Source: Nemertoderma westbladi (taxonomy: Eukaryota; Animalia; Xenacoelomorpha). From it: 35,310 nucleotides of DNA. Positions 24,344 through 35,310 of this stretch are shown piece after piece (position 1 is the first letter of the stretch; every line of letters starts with the position of its first letter). The stretch covers positions 1 through 35,310 of the forward strand of contig JAUCBJ010004994.1 in assembly GCA_032718475.1 (NCBI GenBank), written 5' to 3'. The translations under genes and the position numbers were made by a program. A model generated the notes under the pieces. That model searched no databases. It was not told the DNA's origin and saw only the letters and a program-made list of their open reading frames with translations.

Positions 24344-24987
24344 GGTGAAATGCTATATTTATATTTAATATGTTCAATAGACTACAGTGTTGCTGTGTGA
24401 AACTCCATCCAGTGTTCCGAATAATGTTAAGTTTTTATTTTTTTTACACCTAAACATATTAGTTGACTTAAAGTAGTTATTATTGTTTGTAGTGCAATGA
24501 AATGTATCTGCTGGTGGGTGAAACACTTGGAAATAAAAAATGATTGATTGTGATAGTGGGACCAATTCTTAGTTGAGCAATTGATACCGGTGTCACAGGC
24601 GAAAATGCCCCCCTAGCGGAATGCCCCCCGGTCATTATCGCCTAGCGCCAAATACCCCCCCCCAGAGAGCATTTTCACCCCAGATATAGAGAGTGGCAGT
24701 CCGAAACCCTAATTAAAACTGTCATGTAACCCTAACCCTAAGTCATAAGGCTCTAATCTAAGAAATTTTGTGGAACTTTGGTTCCGAAATTCCATTTTGC
24801 CGCAACGCTGCAAAGTGGTACCTTGCAGCGTTACGAATAATTCACCAGAACGCTGTTAAGTTGACATATTGTAACAATAACTATTTGTTAAGCCAGCACA
24901 TAATCTCAATGTGCAGCTTCAATGCACCAGGCCGATTAAAGTACCCCATGTTCTGGAATATAGTGTCGTTATTGTGGTATTCCAGGA

Positions 24988-25165
24988 TAATGTATAGGGG
25001 AGGGGGGCCATGTACCAGAATAACGACACTATATACTCCAGTGTAATGTATAGGGGAGGGGGGCCATGTACCAGAATAACGACACTATATACTCCAGTGT
25101 AATGTATAGGGGAGGGGGGCCATGTACCAGAATAACGACACTATATACTCCAGTGTAATGTATAG
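24988..25165. repeat. 56-bp tandem repeat x3
   Basis: Units start at 24988, 25044, 25100 and 25156 (partial). An inverted partial copy lies at about 24953-24979. Confidence 0.93.
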
Positions 25166-26876
25166 TAGTGCGAATTAAATCTATTTGAAAATATTAAATA
25201 TAATAATATAACATTTTATGAATCGTGAGGCATTTCTTTTAATAATTTGTCCACTGAATTTAGTTTTTGATTCTAATTCCATGTCCTAGTTTCGAGTGAT
25301 GCCCGTTTTGTATGTGTATGATGTTCGTTTGCCAGGTTGAGTAGGCCTAAATTAATATGCAGGTCAGACCGGCTTACAGTATGTTTCATAAAGACATGTC
25401 AATCATATCGTTCATTTGTGGTCTTCACTAAAATATATGACGCAATAAAAGTTCATCTCACTCCAGAGGAAATTCGACGCAAATAACAGCTGATTACTCC
25501 ACAAAATAAAACCGGAACCTCTTTCCATTGGTTGGGTGCAATCTTCGCCCTCGTCCAATCTTCGCCCGCGTTTGGGGGTTATAGACACGATAGGTTACAG
25601 AGATGTATTTTTATAACCAAGAAAATAAAGGAGGTTGTTAACACTGATTTTGAGGGCGAAGATTGTTCCGGGCGAAGCTTTATTCCCGCGGGCGAAGTTT
25701 GCGGCGTCCCGTTCCATTGTCTTTCATTTATTGTTTTGGTTAGATACGTGCCACTGTAAACTGCTCCTTTTCCTAATTCTATATATATCTTGAAAAACGT
25801 AAAAAGACACATTCATTCATTCATTCATCCATTCATTTCATTTCATATTATATATTATATTTCGGTCTTAGCCGACAATATAAAAGAGAAATGCACAGAT
25901 ATATATAAATTATTCAAAATGTAGGACTTCAACCTCATAAGTACATACCAATACATTGTCCTGGCCTTTGTGTGTTTGTTAGCAATCAATGCGGATGTTT
26001 GGTGAGATTTTCTAGCGTTCTGATTTAATGGAATGTATCTTTGTAACTCATTTGAGATCTTATAGGATATAGTATGGTATGCACCTAAATACGGCCATAT
26101 AAGTGTCTACAGATCAGCATCGTTGTGTGACACCCTCCTATGTACAGCCAGTTGTGTAATAGGCTCCCCCGTTGCCATTAAGTTTATATAGAAAAACTCA
26201 CTCCAGTTGATGATATACAATTCCATCAATACGTTTCCATAGTAACACTGTAAATCATGAGATTTCTAAGAGGGGGGAGTACATCTTTAATATATCATTG
26301 TTTGTTTGGTGGAGGAATATATTTCTCGGTCATCTAATTGAGGCTTCCTGCCAGCAAAGTCGTAACTACTGTAATCCATCTTATTGCATTAAATCATAAC
26401 GGTATAGATTATGTGAATTCTCAATACAATAATTTCATATTTTAACTATTAAATATATTATTAAATAATACATATAGAATTAATGTGAACTCTAATACAG
26501 ATGTCGATGTCTCGTGCTGTGGAGGGTAGAAACAGGTAGAGCCTAATAATTATTAGCTACAACACTATTTATTATGTACTACTGTATTACTGTAATTAAT
26601 TATATATAAGATTGTAGAGTCGACTACATCTTTCCTCCAACTTAGGCCCTACTTTACTGTATTTTAAATAAAATTTAAACTTGATGGGAAATTTACTTTC
26701 TTTACTGAAATATAGGAAAGGTAAGTGTACTTTTAGTAGATAGATAACTTTTTTTACTAATATTGGACACAAAGATTATATATACTTTATATATAATATA
26801 TATATATAATAATATATACTGTATATACTTGTATATATTATATATCACGAATCCGAGAAATCGGTTCAAATCCGAC

Positions 26877-26919
26877 ACCACGCTGATGAGACCCAGTAAG
26901 GTCGAAACGCGTACGTGGT
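26877..26919 (+). ncRNA. Minimal type I hammerhead ribozyme
   Basis: Stem I accacg/cgtggt, CUGAUGA at 26883-26889, stem II gacc-cagtaa-ggtc, GAAA at 26904-26907, palindromic stem III ACGCGT, and cleavage triplet GUA ending at 26913. Confidence 0.88.
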
Positions 26920-27348
26920 TTGGAGAGATATGAGATATTAATTTCAAGAAAAATTACGCGATTCATAAAAAATTTGTACACTACCCGGTTAAAAAGTACG
27001 CATGTGATGGGATTAGTCCTACAATTGCGCCAATAAAAGATAAGTTATTTTCGGCAAAATAAACTTATCATTCGAAGTTAAGACCCCTAGATCCCTTCCT
27101 ATAATACTGTAAAAATACGTTTACGTTTATTATCACAAAATTAAACATACTAAACGAAACACAATCATCAATAATTAATTTAGTGCAAATTGTGTCAAGA
27201 ACACACCATGTTCTTGAATATAGCGTCGTAATCAATTCGTTTCAATCTTTATTTACAAGCGTTTGTAATAAGTGTCTCCGTTGATATTGTTGCACAAGTC
27301 GTATTGCAGTTATTCTTCGACCTTCTAATAATATGTTGGTAGCGGCGC

Positions 27349-27992
27349 TGGTGTCGGTGCCGAATAGACTCACGAGTGTGGGTGCTGAATTGAGTCACCG
27401 GTGTGGATGCGGAATGGAGTCACCGGTGTGGGTGCCGAATTGAGTCACCAGTGTGGGTGCCGAATGGAGTCACTGGTGTCAGTGCCGAATAGAGTCACGA
27501 GTGTGGGTGCTGAATTGAGTCACCGGTGTGGGTGCGGAATGGAGTCATCAGTGTGGGTGCCGAATTGAGTCACCAGTGTGGGTGCCGAATGGAGTCACTG
27601 GTGTCGGTGCCGATTGGAGTCACTGGTGTGGGTGCCGAATAGAGTCACCGGTGTGGGTGCCGAATGGAGTCGCTAGTGTGGGTGCGGAATGGAGTCACTG
27701 GTCTGGGTGCCGAATTGAGGCACCAGTGTGGGTGCCGAATGGAGTCACTGGTGTCGGTGCCGAATAGAGTCACGAGTGTGGGTGCTGAATTGAGTCACCG
27801 GTGTGGGTGCCGAATGGAGTCACCATTGTGGGTGCCGAATGGAGTCACTGGTGTGTGTGCTGAATGGAGCCACCAGTGTGGGTGCTGAATGGAGTCACTA
27901 GTGTGGGTGCCGAATGGAGTCACCGGTGTGGGTGCCGAATGGAGTCACTGGTGTGGGTGCGGAATGGAGTCACCGGTGTGGGTGCCGAATGG
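27349..27992. repeat. 25-bp minisatellite, about 26 copies
   Basis: ggtgtgggtgccgaatggagtcacc units with no unique spacers. Confidence 0.95.
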
Positions 27993-28469
27993 ATCGCCTC
28001 GCCTTAGACCTTGAAGCGCGAAGAGAGGTGATAGGGCCTAACTACTACTGTATGATTATTGTGACTGGATCCGAGTTGGCGAGGGATCCCGACTGGTGTG
28101 TGCTTTGAGTCATATGGGGTAAACGCGTCACCGCGTCCGCTTAGTTACTGAAAGGCTGTTAAAGGGGCTGAAAGGACGAAGGCCGATATAATAACTGAGT
28201 TTATAGTTTATGGTTATTGGTAATGTCAGATAGGCCTATCTGAAGCACAATCAGTAGAGTACAATAATAGCAGTAACAACGACGATGGTTTAAAACCGTT
28301 TGACTTCTACACTCAACATAGCCAACTGAATCACAACTAACAGAGTAACGGTTATATATTACATGGAAGATTACACACATTCCTAACTAGGTTTGGCATA
28401 CCAATAAATGCGCGCTAATTGATGGAAAGCTGCCCCACTATTGGCTGGTTTGCTCCTCGGCTAATCCCT

Positions 28470-28790
28470 ATTTTCCCCTGGCCCTATGCTGGCTTCCCCC
28501 TGAGGTGTATTGATATCTCTCCCCAGCTGGCAGTATATTCCCTTGTTCCCTCTAGTATGCAATATTGCGTTGGGCAATATTGCATATCTAATCGTGACTC
28601 GTAAATCACAATTTCCCCATTTCCCACTGGGTGGTGCAGCGAATTGGATCCACTAACAATTATAAAAGGCCTGCGAAAACACTGTCCTGCAAAGAGGAGG
28701 CGGCTTTGTTCTAGTGTCAAGGTTGGGGGAACCAATGAAACGAGACACATCCAATGTTAGTGTCTGTTGGAGATGTGTGCTTCGTATTAT
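28470..28790 (-). pseudogene. Highly degraded RTE-like 3' fragment
   Basis: EAHISNR and LEQSRLLFAGQCFR resemble RQHMTNA and LRERRLRFSGHCWR in the RTE at 278-1462. Confidence 0.4.
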
Positions 28791-29489
28791 TGTCGCAGTG
28801 AACCCGAATATGGTAGGATGGTAGGAATAAAGATGCCAACCACATAGGGCCTCTTCCACAACCTACGGGGTAAATCAAACGTCGGATTTCATGCCCTCTT
28901 CAGCACGGGCGACGTGTTTGCGGTTTCTGATTGACTTTCGTGCCAGTTCGGGAGGAAAATGCTGGTTGGAAGACAGCGGGAACCGGGAAGGAAACTGAAA
29001 GGAAATGAAAGAGGCATACCGGTTAAGCTCTTGTTACATGAGCATTCAACTTTCAAATAATAGATAGAACACTACTTCTAACCTATGGATGGCATAGGGT
29101 TGACCTCGATACCGCTCAATAAATAAAATACCTCAGAATATTATAGTGAAAAAAGTTTTTTTGTGGTTTTTATGTTTTGGTGATTTTTTTTATTTTTTCC
29201 CATGTAATAATACATAATTACTGATAATTTTAGAGAACTTGTAGTAATTATGATTTTATTTAATTAAGATTTTCTTTACCGGAATAAATATTATAGATAG
29301 ATATTTTCAATATATAAAAATGGTGATTAAATAGAAGAGTATATTAATAAAGGAAAATAATATACCAGCTGTTATAATTAAAAATGAATAACGTCCCTGT
29401 ACACTATACTAAGATAAGTTGGCCAAATTAGGATTGATTACTGTATATTGTTAATAGTAATCAATTTACACATGGTATTATTGTTTCAG

Positions 29490-29590
29490 GATTCAGTGCC
29501 ACCTCCCACGGCATTTTGGAATCATCTAAGCATCATCAGCCTACATGATCATCACAGATATCTCGCTTTGCTAAAACCTCGTTGTGTGAG
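29490..29590 (+). other. Candidate isolated exon (101 bp)
   Basis: ttgtttcag| acceptor and GAG|gtaagt donor. One frame is open (DSVPPPTAFWNHLS..). No partner exon identified. Confidence 0.3.
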
Positions 29591-30396
29591 GTAAGTCCTT
29601 TATATGAAACAGTACGTAAGACTACTGTATAATATCAGTACCGGTAGGCCTACCTTAAATGGTTGAACCGTGAACTTTCTACAGAATGCACCTGTTTTTT
29701 TATTACCTTAATTCTACCCGGTTCTGCTGGTACAAGGCTCGTCTCCTCGCCATCAACTCTAGCTGAACTCTTTGACTCAGTTTATGCTTCGTGAAAGGCA
29801 CTTTCTCTGGGCTTCAATAACTTTTTCTTAAAGAACAGAATGCGCTGGTCTCCCAAAAATAAAATTATATCTTAAGCGGTTTAAGGAAAATACTTACTTT
29901 GGCAGCAGAAATCACAGCAGCAGTAAACTGGGAGTATCTTTCGCAGTGGTCCATGTTATCACAAATCCGACTAGCATACCTGTAGATACCTCAATAGTGA
30001 AGTAATCAATCACATAGAGGTTCCTCAAGGTAGACCAGTCAGTCATGTGTGCGTCTTGTCTATGTCTGTAGAGATTCCTGTGTATTTCTTCCGAATCAGA
30101 AGGTGGTTAGATTGTGTTTTGTGACCACTAGGGCCCACAATGGTGAATAGCTTCCACGTCTTTTCTGGAACAGGGTATTGCCAGAAAACAGCCCCTCTGC
30201 AAGAGGGATGTCTTGAACTTCCTTCTTGACCTCAGAGATGACCTACGCTACATCTTGTTTTAAACAGTTACACCCAAGAGGGGGATGTGGATTGAAGTAA
30301 ACCAGGAACAGCCCCTGATGGTGAGTTGGTTGTGAAAATGGCTATCTACATAATCGCCTGCTGAGTGTTGACGGGCTGAGTGCTGAGTGTATCTTA

Positions 30397-30684
30397 GGGG
30401 CCGTCCAAGTATGACGTCAGCACTTTAGGGGGGGGAGGGGGGTTGGGAAAATCTGATGACGTGCTGATGAGGGGAGGGGAGGGGGTCAGCCAAAATCTGA
30501 CGTCAGCATGTTCATTTATAGGTGCTAGAAGAGAAATAGCAGAAGAGTAAATACTGTAGCTTGCCTATTTTAATTGTTCGAAACCCCCGAAGGCCCATAG
30601 CACGACCTTCTGTTTCAGTTACCAGTCACCATGGTCAACATTTTGGGAAAAAGTGCAGACGTCATACTGTACTTGGACGGCCCC
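30397..30684. mobile_element. PIF/Harbinger (Tourist-like) MITE, 288 bp
   Basis: TIRs ggggccgtccaagtatgacgtc / gacgtcata(ctgta)cttggacggcccc, with TTA TSD at 30394-30396 and 30685-30687. Confidence 0.88.
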
Positions 30685-30689
30685 TTATT

Positions 30690-30929
30690 AGTCGCGGCCT
30701 ATCCCCACCATATCTCGAGAACTTAGTTATTTTCGACCCAACTGGAATTAACCTTCGTAGGAGCGAGAACCAAGCCGTAATCCCCTCACGCAGAACTGCT
30801 GTTGGGTGTGAAACGCTGTCATTCTTAGGCCCGAGTCTATGGAACTCCCTGCCCAATAAACTAAAAAGTAAAATATCCCTGGAGTCATTTAAACATGGGA
30901 TCAAAAACCACTATTTGAATATGCGCTAA
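30690..30929 (+). pseudogene. 3' fragment of a CR1/L2-group LINE ORF2
   Basis: PPYL...NLR...SFLGPSLWNSLP..LK...SLESFKHGIK..YL matches the C-terminal signature of this group. Confidence 0.8.
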
Positions 30930-31470
30930 CAACAGCATGATATGATACGTACATACTATGATATCCTAACTCATAATTATTAGTGATATGATGCTAATTT
31001 ATAACAGCTGTCTTAACAAACGGCCTGTGATATGGTGCTGGTCAATAATTCTAGAACCCTATAAGCCCTAACCCCCTTTAAATATGTATTTTTTAATATA
31101 CTATGTATTTGTATTACTTTATTTTTTAATCTTAGTTATGTGCATGTTGTTTTATACTTCAGTGTATTTACGAACTCTTATAAATGCTTTATTAACAAAT
31201 GCCCTTACTTGCGGGTACCGATAAGCTGGCTCTATGTTATTATAAATATTATAGTGATATGATAACTGATTAATGATAAAATAAATAACTCTTAAAACTC
31301 AGTATCTTATAGTATACTATGTATTTTAACTTTTGGTATATTTATGGTGTATTTTATAAGTATTTTAACTAAGTATTTTATATTTCGGGTGTATTTAACA
31401 GGCTCTTTTAATAACTTCTTCAACGAATGGCCTTAATGAACAGCCGTCTTGGATTAATAATGGAGTAACT

Positions 31471-32686
31471 GTGGGGCGAGCCACGAAGTGAGTGAGCCTT
31501 AGCGTAGGGGTACCATTGATCAACCTGTCGTTCTGTGGGGCGAGCCACGAAGTGAGTGAGCCTTAGCGTAGGGGTACCATTAATCAACCTGTCGTTCTGT
31601 CGCGTTTTTTTTCAGTATTTTATTTTAAACGTTAATAACTCGGCCAATCCTTGATGAAATCTATCCAAACTTGGTACACATGTTGTTTGGCAAAAGTTTG
31701 AAAATTTTCCAAGTAGAATTTGTGTGGGGCCTTCGTGCAGCATCAGTGTAACTGTTATTGCAGTTATAATAAATTTATTTATCCAAATTTAAAATGCGTT
31801 AAATTATTATTACTGTAGGATAAATCAGCTGGGTTTCTGACAAATTTTGCAATACATTGGGGCTGTCTGCCAATCTGCATGTACCATGTGTACCGGTACT
31901 ATCAGGCTGTACTCAATCCCTGAATCGAGAATCCTGCAATCAGTCAATACTGCAATACTGGCAGCCGGTACCATACACTGCAGACATGCCATATCATGTA
32001 ATCTAATTAAACATGGCCCCAGCAACCCTTGCGGTGATTATAGTTTAGGCCTAATTAGCCCAGTACCGGCACCGGTAATAATAATATAATAGTTTAGATA
32101 GTTACCGCTAATCATTCAGCCATTGGCACGGTACACCGTATTGCTGTACTGCCGTTGTAGTGCGCACCGTAGGTACCACCCTACTACCGGTACCGGCTGA
32201 CCGATGGCAACTAGCACTTCAGCACTTGCACAGCAACAGCACTACTGGCGATACACAAGTTGGAATTTATGTAGAGTTTGCTCAACAGTACAGATATAAA
32301 ATAGTTATCTAAATTATATATATTACTATTGACAAGTATTGAAATATATACCGTTATTCATGTTATCAGTATTTGCAACATTTGACATTGAAGAGGTGAG
32401 AGAAGATGAATACCGGCACTCAACAAAACCAACGCTTATCACAGGTCGGTATGGTTACCTCGAAACCGGCGCGACTGTCCACTCGAATACAACTTCAAAA
32501 CACAAACGCCAACAATAAACTGAAAGCGATTAAAAGGGGTGAACACGTACTGTCCCCCTTTCTTTGATTAATTGGTGGTGTGGGTTAATCTCTCATAACC
32601 TGATTTTGTGATACAGTCGCGCAATTTTAATTTGTATCTCATAACTGGGCCTCGTGCTGCGCGAAGGCCCCACGAACGTGTATAGT
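31471..32686 (+). mobile_element. HINE-like element or composite, related to 71-2994
   Basis: The 5' motif gtggggcgagccacgaagt is tandemly duplicated (64 bp x2, 31471-31598). There is an ataactc..aaacttggtacacatg core, and a 3' hairpin gggcct..aggccc at 32647-32670 followed by tatagt. An inverted 3'-end motif lies at 31724-31742. Confidence 0.55.
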
Positions 32687-33532
32687 ACTGTATGTAAGAA
32701 CCTTATTCAAAACCTTATTCTATTTTATCTCCATTAACATATTTATATTTTAATGTACGTCCTTTTACTGTGTATTTTCCCTACACATTTCGGGTAATAA
32801 TTTCGTTAATATTTTGATTGTTGCTGGGAATGGATAATTAAATTCGTACAGTAAGTACGAATTTAAATCGTTCATAATTAATCTATTGTAATTTTTATTT
32901 AAATCCGTGTAATCTAGTAATCTGTGTAATCTAGTAATCCGTGTAATCTGTATCATAATTAATCTATTGTAATTTTTATTTAAATCCGTGTAATCTAGTA
33001 GGTACGAATTCAAACCGAATCTAACTCATTTATTTTATTTCGTATGTAACTTCGTGTAATCTTTATATCGATGATTGTGTATTTGTGATACTCCGCCATG
33101 CCAATCAATACCACACAGACCATACACAGACCCCCACAGCTCTATACTAAATGTTATATTACTCCGACCACTCCCCTCGAACACATTCCTACTCCATTTT
33201 ACACACGCCTACTAACCACACATTTACCACTACCGACAGACAATTACCACACCGACCATACCGATAACCTCCTCGCCTTAAGGGGACCCCCATGAAAACG
33301 AGACCATGTCTCTTGGGGCTATCCCCGACATCATCTAGACTCACACTCACCATGCAAAACTTACCCATTACTCAACCACCTCTTACACAGGAAACGCTGA
33401 CCACAAATTGCCAACGAAATGCACTCTGACAACACACTAACATTATAGCCTAACAAACTGTCTCAATTTATTTGATGCATTAACCATAACTACTGTATAA
33501 TTAATTATATTGTTAATATATAATTAATTAAT

Positions 33533-34961
33533 TATATTGTATGTTACAGCGTTCACTTCGTTCCTATATTGTATGTTACAGCGTTCACTTTGTTCCTATA
33601 TTGTACGTTACAGCGTTCACTTCGTTCCTATATTGTATGTTACAGCATTCACTTTGTTCCTATATTGTATGTTACAGCATTCACTTCGTTCCTATATTGT
33701 ATGTTACAGCATTCACTTCGTTCCTATATTGTATTACAGCATTCACTTCGTTCCTATATTGTATATTACAGCGTTCACTTTGTTCCTATATTGTATGTTA
33801 CAGCATTCACTTTGTTCCTATATTGTATGTTACAGCATTCACTTTGTTCCTATATTGTATGTTACAGCATTCACTTCGTTCCTATATTGTATGTTACACC
33901 GTTCACTTCGTTCCTATATTGTATGTTACAGCATTCACTTCGTTCCTATATTGTATGTTACAGCATTCACTTCGTTCCTATATTGTATGTTACAGCATTC
34001 ACTTCGTTCCTATATTGTATGTTACAGCGTTCACTTTGTTCCTATATTGTATGTTACAGCGTTCACTTCGTTCCTATATTGTATGTTACAGCATTCACTT
34101 CGTTCCTATATTGTATGTTACAGCATTCACTTCGTTCCTATATTGTATATTACAGCATTCACTTTGTTAATATATTGTATGTTACAGCATTCACTTCGTT
34201 CCTATATTGTATGTTACAGCATTCACTTTGTTCCTATATTGTATGTTACAGCATTCACTTTGTTCCTATATTGTATGTTACAGCGTTCACTTTGTTCCTA
34301 TATTGTATATTACAGCATTCACTTTGTTCCTATATTGTATATTACAGCGTTCACTTCATTCCTATATTGTATATTACAGCATTCACTTCGTTCCTATATT
34401 GTATGTTACAGCGTTCACTTCGTTCCTATATTGTATGTTACAGCATTCACTTCGTTCCTATATTGTATGTTACAGCGTTCACTTCGTTCCTATATTGTAT
34501 ATTACAGCATTCACTTTGTTCCTATATTGTATATTACGGGCGTTCCACTTCATTCCTATATTGTATGTTACAGCATTCACTTCGTTCCTATATTGTATGT
34601 TACAGCGTTCACTTCGTTACTATATTGTATATTACAGCATTCACTTTGTTCCTATATTGTATATTACAGCGTTCACTTCATTCCTATATTGTATGTTACA
34701 GCATTCACTTCGTTCCTATATTGTATGTTACAGCGTTCACTTCGTTCCTATATTGTATGTTACAGCATTCACTTCATTCCTATATTGTATGATACAGCGT
34801 TCACTTCATTCCTATATTGTATATTACAGCGTTCACTTCGTTCCTATATAGTATATTACAGCATTCACTTCGTTCCTATTTTGTATGTTACAGCATTCAC
34901 TTCGTTCCTATATTGTATGTTACAGCGTTCACTTCGTTCCTATATTGTATGTATTCCTATA
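33533..34961. repeat. 32-bp satellite, about 44 copies
   Basis: tattgtatgttacagcattcacttcgttccta units. Confidence 0.97.
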
Positions 34962-35310
34962 TTAATTATAATTATAAATGGATTATCTTGTTATCTTGTT
35001 CCTTCCGGTAATGTTTAATTATGCAGATTTACTTTACTTATTTGATGTCAATTAAACAATTTCAATTTCGACCGATTTAGAAATATTAAACATAGGCAAC
35101 TTCACAAGAAGAACTGGTTGGTGAGTTGTATTTGATTACCACACCTCTGGGAAACTTACTTTCCAACACGCCAGCACAAGGAAGCAGTGTTTTGTGTAGT
35201 CAATCACTGCAGATGCAATTGGATTCAAGTCCACCGTTGAATGCATCATCTGTGTTATCACATCATGTGTGCCTACTGTAAATCCCCATAGCCGTATCTT
35301 CTTCTACTGT

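Noticed and set aside
22523-24368. ORFs of 332, 209 and 171 aa
   Set aside because: These are translations of stop-free tandem repeats.
24705-24742. aaccctaa / taaccctaaccctaa as telomeric repeat
   Set aside because: Only two or three units. Such motifs are common inside MITEs, and the neighbouring GC-rich 24587-24680 looks like an unpaired MITE end.
25538-25711. Inverted cttcgccc/gggcgaag motif cluster as a complete MITE
   Set aside because: Probably a TE end remnant, but no paired terminus or TSD could be defined.
33280-33327. LINE 3' UTR stem-loop (ggacccccatgaaaacgaga..tctcttggggctatcc)
   Set aside because: Resembles CR1/L2-group 3' ends, but there is no supporting ORF2 remnant or tail nearby.
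33537-35018. ORFs of 493, 407, 214 and 209 aa
   Set aside because: The 32-bp satellite is open in all plus frames; these are not genes.

Overview
Repeat-dense eukaryotic DNA, most likely from an invertebrate animal (GT-AG introns, LINEs, a BEL/Pao LTR element, a Helitron). No intact host gene, RNA gene or CRISPR array is supported. From left to right: (1) a three-level nest in which a 5'-truncated RTE LINE sits in a piggyBac-type MITE, which sits in a Helentron/HINE-like element (71-2994); (2) orphan ORFs (3604-5116); (3) a 45-bp satellite hit by a BEL/Pao element, with the satellite+LTR+gag block tandemly duplicated (5475-11895); (4) a non-autonomous BEL/Pao element lacking RT/RNaseH (10054-17537); (5) an RTE-type APE endonuclease running in-frame into a degenerate, intron-containing Helitron Rep/PIF1 helicase gene (17660-22397); (6) a foldback element with satellite arms and an 8-9 bp TSD (22425-24343); (7) a minimal type I hammerhead ribozyme (26877-26919); (8) a Harbinger MITE, LINE fragments and several minisatellites. 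The best leads are the N-terminal APE-RepHel chimera, the hammerhead, the foldback element and the orphan ORF block. All family calls come from motifs recognised by eye, not from database searches.
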